This document shows positions 1 through 8,616 of a stretch of 27,402 bases of DNA, piece after piece. The position numbers and the translations under genes were made by a program. Within the stretch, counting starts at the first letter, position 1. The number at the start of each line of letters is the position of its first letter. Origin of the DNA: an uncultured archaeon (lineage in GTDB: Archaea; Asgardarchaeota; Lokiarchaeia; Sigyniarchaeales; Promethearchaeaceae); assembly GCA_964513765.1 (NCBI GenBank), contig CAZEPC010000015.1, forward strand, positions 1-27,402, read 5' to 3'. The notes beneath the pieces are model-generated. The model was not told where the DNA came from. It was given only the letters and a program-made list of their open reading frames with translations, and made no database searches.

Positions 1-1983
1 GATAGAAATAAAATTATCCATGGAGGAGTCTTTTTATCTACGGTCGGATTTATTTTTACCAGTTTCTGTAGAACATTTGAACAACTTCTTTTTGCACGAA
101 TCATCTCGGGTGCAGGGTTAGGGTTTTCGATTCCCGTGGGTATTTCAATATTAATGGATATTGTTCCGACTAAATCAAGATCCGGGTGGTTTGGGTTTAT
201 TGCAATATTTTCCTCAATAAGCAATGCAACAGGTCAAGGATTAGCCGCTTTTGTGGGACCTTTAGATATTTTAGACTATCAATACGGGTGGCAGTTTCCA
301 TTTCTAATATTATCCGGTTTTGCGGTTATCACCATTGTACTTTTAATTTTTGTAAAACTCCCCGATGTGGGTTCCCAAGAGGACGATCTGGCAGATTTAC
401 AAAAATTTGAGGAATTGGAATATGGATATAAAATTAATAAAAAGGAATTTTTAGCGATTCTAAAGAAGCCCACCAACAAATATCTGATAGTGAATGGATT
501 TTTCTGCATTATTCCCGGCACCATCATGATATATACACTAATTACCACTTTTACTGACCCTCAGCTCGGACTACTTGTGAATTTCCCCGATGACATAAAG
601 GTCCAAGTGGCCACCATTTTGGGTGCTTTAGTAGGAGTTGGGTATAATGTAGGAAATGTAGTCCTCTCTTACTTGGGGGATATTTATAATAAAAAAGATA
701 AGCGGAACCGAACCCGGCTGGCCTTTTTAACAACCTTGCTGGCCATTCCGTTCACAATAATGACGGTATTTTTCCTCGTAGAAGTGGATTATAATGAAAT
801 AGGGCGACCAGAAGGAATATTCCCATCAATCATTGCCATTTTTAGGGAAGAGCCCAGGTATATAGGGTATCTGATATGTGCACTTATCGGGTCCTTTTGC
901 GGTGCAGGTTATGTATCTAACAAAAGGGCAATTATGGTTGATGTCAATTTACCAGAACACAGAGGGACTGCCTCTTCGCTGTTTAGACTTACGGAACAAG
1001 TGGGAAAGAGTATTACACTAATGCTTATCTCGGGATTACTCGCCGTATTAGGGACATACAAAAGGATGCTCTTGGTTGGAATGATGTTTTGGATCCCTTC
1101 CGCGGTATTGTGGTATGTGGCAAGTAAGAAGGTCCTAAAGGACATGGCAGATAAGGCACTTACATTAAGAGAAAGGCAACAATCCACCTTTATTGATTAT
1201 TTCTTCGAACTGGAGATTATGATGGACAGTGCGATTCAAAATATTCAAGATGCAAAAGATATCCTTATTGATGAACCAGATGAAGCAGAAGAATTGATAG
1301 ATACTGGAATTAGAAAATTCAAATTTATTGTGAAGAAATCTAAAAAAACCCAACACTTAATTGATATTGAAAAGAAAGGACAAAAGCTTCTAAATCAAGC
1401 ATCAATGTTCAAAAATGACCTGTTGATGATTTCAAAAGGTCCAGAAAGAGAGGATTTGGAACAGCTCTACAAAAAGATTGATGAAATGTGGGAAGAAAGC
1501 GATTTCGGAAAAATTGAAATCCTCTATGATGATGCATATTTACGTGTATGTGAAGCCCGCTTAAGAAGACAGTATAATCCATTCGAATCAATTAAGATAT
1601 TAGAAAAAGCAATTGAAATATACGGTAGAGTTGTGCGATTAACAGAGGACAGAGCAATATCAAACGAGGATCGTATTTTGGAGGAGGAAAATGAGGAATT
1701 CCAGAAACGGATTTCCGAATTATTAGTCCTTGCGAAGAAATCTAAAACAAATACAGAGATTTTAAAGAAAAAATTAAACCAAATCGTGGAAACTGTATTG
1801 AAAAAAGATGTTTCTCGGGAAAACTTCATGAGAATTGTCGAACTCACCACCGATTACGGATTAAAATTAAATGAAATCGTTGCAGATACTTTTGGGGGTC
1901 TAACCGCCAGAAAAGTTCAAAAAGCCACCGATGAAATTGATGAATTATTTGAGGCATACGATGACTGGATGAAAACTGAATAA
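1..1983 (+). CDS. MFS-type permease with a roughly 270-aa C-terminal alpha-helical cytoplasmic domain. The 5' end is truncated by the window edge; it is a tandem paralog of 2002..4260.
   Basis: Frame 1 is open from position 1, and nt 1-135 translate to DRNKIIHGGVFLSTVGFIFTSFCRTFEQL..., which aligns with residues around 92 onward of the next gene. It has multiple hydrophobic helices. The MFS motif-A-like loop (GYYTDRLDRNKI) is seen in the paralog. A long hydrophilic K/E-rich tail follows, from about ASKKVLKDMADKAL to the end. Confidence 0.75.
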   Translation, partial: DRNKIIHGGVFLSTVGFIFTSFCRTFEQLLFARIISGAGLGFSIPVGISILMDIVPTKSRSGWFGFIAIFSSISNATGQGLAAFVGPLDILDYQYGWQFPFLILSGFAVITIVLLIFVKLPDVGSQEDDLADLQKFEELEYGYKINKKEFLAILKKPTNKYLIVNGFFCIIPGTIMIYTLITTFTDPQLGLLVNFPDDIKVQVATILGALVGVGYNVGNVVLSYLGDIYNKKDKRNRTRLAFLTTLLAIPFTIMTVFFLVEVDYNEIGRPEGIFPSIIAIFREEPRYIGYLICALIGSFCGAGYVSNKRAIMVDVNLPEHRGTASSLFRLTEQVGKSITLMLISGLLAVLGTYKRMLLVGMMFWIPSAVLWYVASKKVLKDMADKALTLRERQQSTFIDYFFELEIMMDSAIQNIQDAKDILIDEPDEAEELIDTGIRKFKFIVKKSKKTQHLIDIEKKGQKLLNQASMFKNDLLMISKGPEREDLEQLYKKIDEMWEESDFGKIEILYDDAYLRVCEARLRRQYNPFESIKILEKAIEIYGRVVRLTEDRAISNEDRILEEENEEFQKRISELLVLAKKSKTNTEILKKKLNQIVETVLKKDVSRENFMRIVELTTDYGLKLNEIVADTFGGLTARKVQKATDEIDELFEAYDDWMKTE

Positions 1984-2001
1984 AAACGAAAATGATTTAA
2001 A

Positions 2002-4260
2002 ATGAACGAACTACCAAATAATAATCATAAAAAACTCGAAAGTCCAGAAGAACAAACCCAATCGGCCAATTATTCAAAAAGTGATAAATTGGTTATACTT
2101 CTTATTTTACTTCTAATATTTATTACTACAGCCTCTGCAAATATGTTGATACCCTCATTTGGGATGATTGCAGAAGATTTTGGGATTGATATTTCAAGAG
2201 TGTATATCCCTGATTCAATCGCTGGGTTTGTAGAGGCAGGAGTGATGGTTTTATGGGGGTATTATACCGATAGACTGGATAGAAATAAAATTATTCATGG
2301 AGGAGTTTTTTTATCAACCATTGGATTTATTTTCACTAGTTTTTGCAGAACTTTTGAACAACTTATGATTGCCCGAATAATTTCTGGTGCAGGATTAGGA
2401 TTTTCCATACCTGTGGGCATCTCAATACTAATGGACATAGTGCCTGCCAAACAAAGATCTGCATGGTTTGGAGGAATCACAATATTTTCATCGATTAGTA
2501 ATGGGACTGGACAGGGATTGGCCGCGTTCTTAGGACCTTTAGATATCTTGGAACACCAATATGGATGGCAATTTCCTTTTTTAATTCTCTCCGGATTGGC
2601 TATATTGGTTATCGTGATTTTAATCTTTGTCAAATTACCCGATGTGGGATCTCAAGAGGACGATTTAGCAGAACTTCAGAAATTTGAAGAATTGGAATAC
2701 GGATATAAAATTAACAAAAAAGAGTTTTTAGAGATATTAAAAAAACCTACAAACAGGATTCTTATTATAAACGGCTTTTTTGCAATCATCCCGGGAACAG
2801 TATTAATTTTTACATTAATAACTACATTCACAGCACCAGAAATTGGATTTTTAGTTAATTTTCCTGATGAAATAAAAGTTCAAGTGGCCACCATCTTGGG
2901 CGGTTTGGTTGGTATTGGATATAATATTGGAAATGTAGTGCTCTCTTATTTGGGAGATAAATTCAACAAAAAAGATCGAAGGAATCGCACCCGTTTAGCA
3001 TTTATTACAAATTTAATCGCAATTCCCTTCACTATTTTGACGATTTTATTTTTAGTACAAGTTGATTATAATGAGATTGGACAACCCGAGGGAATTTTTA
3101 AATCAATTGGAGCAATTTTCAGTCAAAGACCAAGGTATATTGGCTATTTGATTTGTGCGTTAATTGGTTCGTTCTTTAGTGCTGGATATGTTTCAAATAA
3201 AAAGGCAATCATGGTGGATGTTAATCTTCCAGAACATAGGGGGACCGCATCTTCCCTCTTCAGATTAACGGAACAAATCGGAAAAAGTATCACATTAATG
3301 TTGATTTCCGGATTATTAGTATTATTTGGAACCTATAAAAAAATGTTAATTGTAAGTACTTTATTTTGGATTCCTTCAGTTATTTTGTGGTATTTGGCCA
3401 GTAAAAGAGTTGCTAAGGATATGGCTAATAAAGCAATAATCCTAAGAGAAAGACAACAATCCACATTTATAGATTATTTCTTTGAATTAGAGATAATGAC
3501 GGATAGTGCAATTCAGAATATTCAAGATGCCAAAGATATCTTGATTTACAGACCAGAAGAAGCGGAGGAATTAATAGATGGGGGAATTAGAAAATTTAAA
3601 TTCATTTTAGAAAAATCCAAAAAAACTGAGCATTTATTAGATATTGAGGAAAAAGCCCATAATCTGTTAAACAAGGTACTTATGTTTAAAAGTGATCTTT
3701 TAATGCTTTCAAAAACACCAAAAAAGGAGGATTTAGAACTTCTCTATGAAAAAATCGATGAAATGATGGAAGAAAGTGATTTTGGAAAAATTGAAATTCT
3801 CTACGATGATGCATACTTACGCGTATGTGAAGCCAGATTAAGAAGGCAGTACAACCCATTTGAATCAATTAAAATCCTAGAGAAATCTATTGAAATTTAT
3901 GGAAGGGTAATTAGGCTCACAGAAGACAGAGCAATATCTGATGAAGATCGGATCTTAGAAGAAAACCATAAAGAATTTCAAGAAAGAATCTCCAAATTAT
4001 TAACCCTTGCGAAAAAATCGAAAACGAATACAGAGATTTTGAAGGAAAAATTCAATAAAATCATTGATGCAGTGTTAGAGAAAGATATATCTGAAGAGAA
4101 TCTACTTAGGATTGTTGAACTCACCACGGATTATGGACTAAAACTAAATGAAATTGTTGCAGATACTTTTAAGGGTCGGACAGCGAAAAAAATAAATAAA
4201 GCAACCCAAGAAATTGATAAATTATTCAAAGCTTATGATGATTGGATGAATGCAGAATAG
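2002..4260 (+). CDS. MFS-type permease with a C-terminal helical cytoplasmic extension. It is a full-length paralog of the upstream gene.
   Basis: The 752-aa ORF has about 12 predicted TM helices. It carries the MFS motif A 'GYYTDRLDRNKIIHGG' in the loop after TM2. Amino-acid similarity to the upstream copy is high across both the membrane domain and the tail, and nucleotide identity is roughly 80%. Only 18 bp separate it from the upstream gene, so the pair is likely co-transcribed. Confidence 0.8.
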   Translation: MNELPNNNHKKLESPEEQTQSANYSKSDKLVILLILLLIFITTASANMLIPSFGMIAEDFGIDISRVYIPDSIAGFVEAGVMVLWGYYTDRLDRNKIIHGGVFLSTIGFIFTSFCRTFEQLMIARIISGAGLGFSIPVGISILMDIVPAKQRSAWFGGITIFSSISNGTGQGLAAFLGPLDILEHQYGWQFPFLILSGLAILVIVILIFVKLPDVGSQEDDLAELQKFEELEYGYKINKKEFLEILKKPTNRILIINGFFAIIPGTVLIFTLITTFTAPEIGFLVNFPDEIKVQVATILGGLVGIGYNIGNVVLSYLGDKFNKKDRRNRTRLAFITNLIAIPFTILTILFLVQVDYNEIGQPEGIFKSIGAIFSQRPRYIGYLICALIGSFFSAGYVSNKKAIMVDVNLPEHRGTASSLFRLTEQIGKSITLMLISGLLVLFGTYKKMLIVSTLFWIPSVILWYLASKRVAKDMANKAIILRERQQSTFIDYFFELEIMTDSAIQNIQDAKDILIYRPEEAEELIDGGIRKFKFILEKSKKTEHLLDIEEKAHNLLNKVLMFKSDLLMLSKTPKKEDLELLYEKIDEMMEESDFGKIEILYDDAYLRVCEARLRRQYNPFESIKILEKSIEIYGRVIRLTEDRAISDEDRILEENHKEFQERISKLLTLAKKSKTNTEILKEKFNKIIDAVLEKDISEENLLRIVELTTDYGLKLNEIVADTFKGRTAKKINKATQEIDKLFKAYDDWMNAE

Positions 4261-4306
4261 AAAAAAATATACCAATTCCACGATTTTTTTATCTAGATCT
4301 TGAAAG

Positions 4307-7300
4307 ATGAATAAAACAAGCAAATGTCCCTTTTGTAATCAACTTCTTCACCAGAAATCAATAAAATCCTCCATCACAGACATTTGCACGAATCAGAACT
4401 GTCAGAGCCATATTTTTGAAATCGGAAACAAGGTTAAACTACGAAAGCGACCCGAAATAGGGATAGGTACCATCACCGATATCCGAAAGGACAAAGAGGG
4501 AATCCGATACTACATCATTAAGTTTAAGGCCTACACCCAGAGACGTTTTTACGAACAAGATATTAGGCATTATATCGCCCCTATTGATAGTAAAGTTAAA
4601 TATAACGCAAATCAATCCAATACAACCCTTAGGATGGAACCCGAAATTCGTGGGGACGAGATACGAATTGGGTCCGTGATCAAGCAAAAACTCAGAACTA
4701 AAACAAATAATATCCACTATAAAATACTAGACACTGATGGTAATTTCAGAAAAATAAGCGAAACCCAGATTGTTGGGTTTTTGGAGGATCCAATTGAAGA
4801 ATATAGGAAAGGAGAGGTCGATTCTGGAGAAAAATTTCTTCTTCGGATGTGGGGGCAACAAATAAAAAACCAATATAATAGTAATACATTAAAAATTATC
4901 ACAAATTCAAGACTAACGATTCTTCCATATCAAGTTTCCGTGGCACACCGTTTACTTATGGCGGATAATGCCCGATTTATTTTAGCCGATGAGGTTGGCC
5001 TGGGTAAGACCATCGAGGCAGGAATTTATCTAAAAGAAATGATCGCACGAAATTTGGCCAAAAGAGTGTTAATCATACCCCCGGCCAGCCTTATTGGTCA
5101 ATGGGAATTTGAAATGAAAAATAAATTTCATCTGGATTTCACCCGTATAACCTCCCAAAAGTTAAAGAAATGGAAAATAAGCCCCCGAACGGGAGGGTTT
5201 GTAAATAAAAAAACAAGAAAGCAAATCAACCTCTGTATCGCAACTTTACAATATGCAAGGTTGGACAGCGCTCAAAAAATAACAGAAATTGAATGGGACA
5301 TTGTGATTTTCGATGAGGCCCACCATTTAAGGCGATATTTAGAAAATAAGAAAACAAATAGGTACCGCACAACACTTTCCTACGAACTGGGACAGAAACT
5401 TTCGAAAAAGACCAAAGCACTGTTATTGCTTACTGCTACTCCTATACAACTTCATTCTTTCGATTTGTTTTCTCTAATCGAGCTTTTAAACCCATATCTC
5501 TTTCCTGACTTTCAATCATTTGAATATGAACGCAAAAAGATATCCCTATATAATCTGGTGGTAAAAAATTTAAGAAATTTCACGCGAATAAGTCAATTTG
5601 AAAGAAAATCGTTAGTCCATCAAATTATGTCTCTTAATTTGGGGTATGCCGAGTCATACCTTGAAAATAAGCTTAAATTTGGGCAGGTAAGAAAGAAGAT
5701 CATACATAAAGTGGAAAATAAACACTTTCTGAGCAGATTTGTGATTCGCAATAGAAGGAGGAATGTGTTTCCAGACAGTAAAATTAAAAGAGTTCCGCGT
5801 ATTGTGGAGGTACACCTCACCGACAAGGAACTCAAACTTTATAATCACATTCATCTCTATTTGGCTAAGATTTATTCCGAAAACTTTTACTCGGGACAAT
5901 CAGGTGTTGGATTTGTGATGGTTATTCTACAAAAACTTCTCACAAGCTCTCCGCCCGCACTCATCAAATCCTTAAAGAAAAGAATCAGATATTTAAATGA
6001 AAATAAGCAGAGAATTGTGGACCTCACTACCAGAGCGAATTTAGAGGACGAATTGACCGCCGAGGATTCCAGCCTTGATATTAATGAAGGGTTGGAAGAT
6101 TATACCCTAGATGAAAAGTACGAGATTCGTAACCGATCATCTAAGATAGGTGAACAGCGGAGAAGCACAGAATTCAATATTGAAAAGCATATTAAAATTT
6201 TAAGCAAGTTTTTAAGCCAGCTTCAAAAATTACATCAATTAGGAATAGACTCAAAGGCTAAAAAGCTTGTAAAAATTGTGAAGAAAATTCTCCAGCATAA
6301 TCCAGATGAAAAGATGATCATATTCACCCAATTCAAACAAACCCTTTATTATTTGGCAGAACTCTTACGGGAGGAACACATTGATGTCTCGGAATTTCAT
6401 GGGAGTTTGACCGAATCTCAAAAAGACAGAAATATTCATCATTTCAAAACCAAGGGAACAGTCTTAATGTCCACCGAGATAGGTGGGGAAGGAAGGAACT
6501 TTCAGTTCTGCCATATTATCATAAATTATGATCTCCCTTGGAATCCGATGCGACTGGAGCAAAGGATCGGGAGAATTGACCGGATCGGGCAAACCAAAGA
6601 TGTATATATATACAATTTCTTCATCGCCGATACAGTCGAATCCTCCATAATAAATGCGATTTCGGAAAGAATTAGAATATTTGAGGAATCAATTGGTGAT
6701 TTAGAACCGATTTTAGGAAGTTTGGAAAAGAAAATAACCGAGATTGTATTAAAAAAGGACGAAGTCCCCACGAAATTTAAGGTAGATGAATTGGTAGGGG
6801 AAACCCAAGAAAAGATAGAGGAAGTTTTTGATCAATTGGATGATTTTATTTTGGATAAAAAATCCCTTCAATATCAGCGAATTTCAAAGGATGTAATCAA
6901 TCCAAAAATGATTTCCGATGTAGATCTCAAACATTATTTTCGGTTATTTTCAAAATCCAATCCACATCTTTTGAATATGGAAATCCAGGAAAGAGAGAAT
7001 ACGAATACCTACATGCTGGAAGTATCCGGGGGTTTAAGATCCGACCTCTTATTGAAGAAAAAGTCCTATGAGGGACTATTTGATTTTGATTTTGCGGTGC
7101 AAAACGATGAATATGAATTTTTTGCTCTGGGACATGAACTATTAATGAAATTGGTGGACCTCACCACAAATGACAATTATGGAGGTTTCTCAAGCAATAT
7201 ATCCCTCAAATGGAGCCAAATTAAAAAGTATTTTTCTAATATCCATCCCGTGAACTTTCCCAAACAAGAAAAGGAAATATTACACAAGATAAAAAACCAA

Positions 7301-8005
7301 CAAAAACCACTATATCTGTTCATATTTCAAGTTAGATTCTTGGGGGTTATTGTTGAAAAAATGATTATTCCGATAATAATTTCCCATAAAAAAAATATCC
7401 TCAAAATGTTATCCAAATTAATCTATAGACCTCATAATTTTTCATCCATCCTTAACCCACCTCTGAAAAATATGGAAGAGAAAAAAGATCCGGACAGGCA
7501 AATGGACCAGAGAGAAAGCATTCGTTCTGGATCCAAGGAGAAATTACATGAACTCTACGAAAAAGCCCAGAATTATATTAAACCCCTTATTCAAGAAAAA
7601 ACAAAAAATCTGGTTGAAGAGAATAAGGAGGCGTATCTTAAAAAGAAGCGAAAACTCAAAAATCTCAAGAGGCAAAAAACCCGATACATAAAAGACCATA
7701 TTGAATGGGCCAGAAACGAACTCCGGGCTAAAAAGATCAAACTCCCCACCGAACGACAAATAAGAAATGCCAATAAAATAAAAAACGAGAAAAAGAAAAA
7801 GAAACGTTTTGCATATTTTGAGAATATTCGAAAAGATGTAGAATACTATGAAAATGAGGTGAAAAGATGGGAGAAGGAATTAGAGGACTTAGAGTTTGAT
7901 ATCCCAGCAAAATTAAAGAAACTCAAAAGCTACAAACAATTAAAAATTAATGCGGATCTCTTTTCATTTGCCCGAATATTTATTGAAAACCAAGAAAGTA
8001 TCTAA
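4307..8005 (+). CDS. SNF2-family ATPase/helicase, RapA/HepA-like. It has an N-terminal C4 zinc ribbon, two small SH3/Tudor-like modules and a long Lys-rich C-terminal coiled-coil tail.
   Basis: The N-terminal zinc ribbon is CPFCNQ...CTNQNC. Helicase motifs are the Walker A 'LADEVGLGKTIEAG', motif II 'VIFDEAHHLR' (DEAH), motif III 'LLLTATPIQ' and motif VI 'QRIGRIDRIGQ'. About 430 residues follow the helicase core and are extremely K/E-rich (…KKKRKLKNLKRQK…KNEKKKKKRF…). Confidence 0.9.
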   Translation: MNKTSKCPFCNQLLHQKSIKSSITDICTNQNCQSHIFEIGNKVKLRKRPEIGIGTITDIRKDKEGIRYYIIKFKAYTQRRFYEQDIRHYIAPIDSKVKYNANQSNTTLRMEPEIRGDEIRIGSVIKQKLRTKTNNIHYKILDTDGNFRKISETQIVGFLEDPIEEYRKGEVDSGEKFLLRMWGQQIKNQYNSNTLKIITNSRLTILPYQVSVAHRLLMADNARFILADEVGLGKTIEAGIYLKEMIARNLAKRVLIIPPASLIGQWEFEMKNKFHLDFTRITSQKLKKWKISPRTGGFVNKKTRKQINLCIATLQYARLDSAQKITEIEWDIVIFDEAHHLRRYLENKKTNRYRTTLSYELGQKLSKKTKALLLLTATPIQLHSFDLFSLIELLNPYLFPDFQSFEYERKKISLYNLVVKNLRNFTRISQFERKSLVHQIMSLNLGYAESYLENKLKFGQVRKKIIHKVENKHFLSRFVIRNRRRNVFPDSKIKRVPRIVEVHLTDKELKLYNHIHLYLAKIYSENFYSGQSGVGFVMVILQKLLTSSPPALIKSLKKRIRYLNENKQRIVDLTTRANLEDELTAEDSSLDINEGLEDYTLDEKYEIRNRSSKIGEQRRSTEFNIEKHIKILSKFLSQLQKLHQLGIDSKAKKLVKIVKKILQHNPDEKMIIFTQFKQTLYYLAELLREEHIDVSEFHGSLTESQKDRNIHHFKTKGTVLMSTEIGGEGRNFQFCHIIINYDLPWNPMRLEQRIGRIDRIGQTKDVYIYNFFIADTVESSIINAISERIRIFEESIGDLEPILGSLEKKITEIVLKKDEVPTKFKVDELVGETQEKIEEVFDQLDDFILDKKSLQYQRISKDVINPKMISDVDLKHYFRLFSKSNPHLLNMEIQERENTNTYMLEVSGGLRSDLLLKKKSYEGLFDFDFAVQNDEYEFFALGHELLMKLVDLTTNDNYGGFSSNISLKWSQIKKYFSNIHPVNFPKQEKEILHKIKNQQKPLYLFIFQVRFLGVIVEKMIIPIIISHKKNILKMLSKLIYRPHNFSSILNPPLKNMEEKKDPDRQMDQRESIRSGSKEKLHELYEKAQNYIKPLIQEKTKNLVEENKEAYLKKKRKLKNLKRQKTRYIKDHIEWARNELRAKKIKLPTERQIRNANKIKNEKKKKKRFAYFENIRKDVEYYENEVKRWEKELEDLEFDIPAKLKKLKSYKQLKINADLFSFARIFIENQESI

Positions 8006-8017
8006 AATAGTATTTTT

Positions 8018-8590
8018 TCAATGGGTTATAGAAAGAGTCTCCTTTATTTCGAAGAACATAGTCGGCTGGATTTGGAAAACCTCCCCTATTGACTTAAAAT
8101 CAGGTTCAAAGACTTGACAATAAGGAACATTTTCGTTTTTATCGGCTATACGAATGAATTCGTGGGGGATATTTGCGGGAACTTTAAGACATACACCGTC
8201 TTGATACTTGACTGCGAGATATTCCGAAAGTTCGAGATCATTCAAGAGTGCTTCTATTTTCTCCACCCTTAAAGACCAAGGAAGATCCCTCATATCATCT
8301 ACTTCCTTTTTAGGAAAGTTCGGGACGATAGCAAAAGTATCTCCTGTTTCAATTCCATATTGAAATATTTGCACAACCCACTCAGGAAAAGGATGTATCT
8401 CTAACACAGAGGTTTTGTCTTTCAAAACCCGAAGATCTCCCACCATCAAAGTCCCGCCATTAGGGAAGCCGTCTCTGACCTTCCATTCTAAATTCTTCTC
8501 AATCATTTTCGTGGGAGGGATACTTACCTCTAGAAGATGGCGATATTTTTTGTTAATGTCTCTATAGCTTGATTCATTTAAGATTTTCAT
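8018..8590 (-). CDS. Hypothetical protein of 190 aa with no recognisable motif. It is the last gene of the minus-strand cluster.
   Basis: The track labels this ORF '+', but the + strand terminates after 23 codons (MGYRKSLLYFEEHSRLDLENLPY*). The reverse complement of 8588-8590 is ATG, and the minus strand translates to MKILNESSYRDINKKYRHLLEV…ETLSITH with a TGA stop at 8018-8020. It lies 26 bp downstream of the 8617..9672 gene on the same strand. Confidence 0.6.
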   Translation of the reverse strand: MKILNESSYRDINKKYRHLLEVSIPPTKMIEKNLEWKVRDGFPNGGTLMVGDLRVLKDKTSVLEIHPFPEWVVQIFQYGIETGDTFAIVPNFPKKEVDDMRDLPWSLRVEKIEALLNDLELSEYLAVKYQDGVCLKVPANIPHEFIRIADKNENVPYCQVFEPDFKSIGEVFQIQPTMFFEIKETLSITH

Positions 8591-8616
8591 TTTAGAAACT
8601 TATCTCCTTTCTTCTC

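Noticed and set aside
186-1850. Short ORFs nested inside or antisense to the MFS genes (e.g. 186..410, 279..548, 551..733, 909..1187, 1165..1356, 1409..1591, 1524..1850, 2295..2633, 3686..3868).
   Set aside because: They lie entirely within long ORFs that have clear family similarity in another frame or strand. The 1409..1591 and 3686..3868 pair look conserved only because the underlying MFS genes are duplicated. There are no RBS or promoter signals, and they have odd compositions (Cys/His/Phe-rich), typical of antisense AT-rich noise.
1-4260. Tandem duplicated MFS genes as a mobile element or IS-mediated duplication.
   Set aside because: No transposase or integrase, no terminal inverted repeats, and the copies abut within 18 bp. 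This looks like a simple tandem gene duplication.
4307-8005. The SNF2 helicase as part of a DISARM-like or other defence island.
   Set aside because: No adjacent methyltransferase, PLD-nuclease, DUF1998 helicase or other defence genes. The neighbours are transporters and housekeeping genes. The N-terminal architecture resembles RapA-type transcription factors.
8018-8590. Plus-strand reading of this ORF, as labelled in the supplied track.
   Set aside because: The + strand from 8018 gives only MGYRKSLLYFEEHSRLDLENLPY* (23 codons). The 190-aa protein shown is the reverse-complement translation (ATG at 8588-8590, TGA at 8018-8020). I therefore call it on the minus strand.
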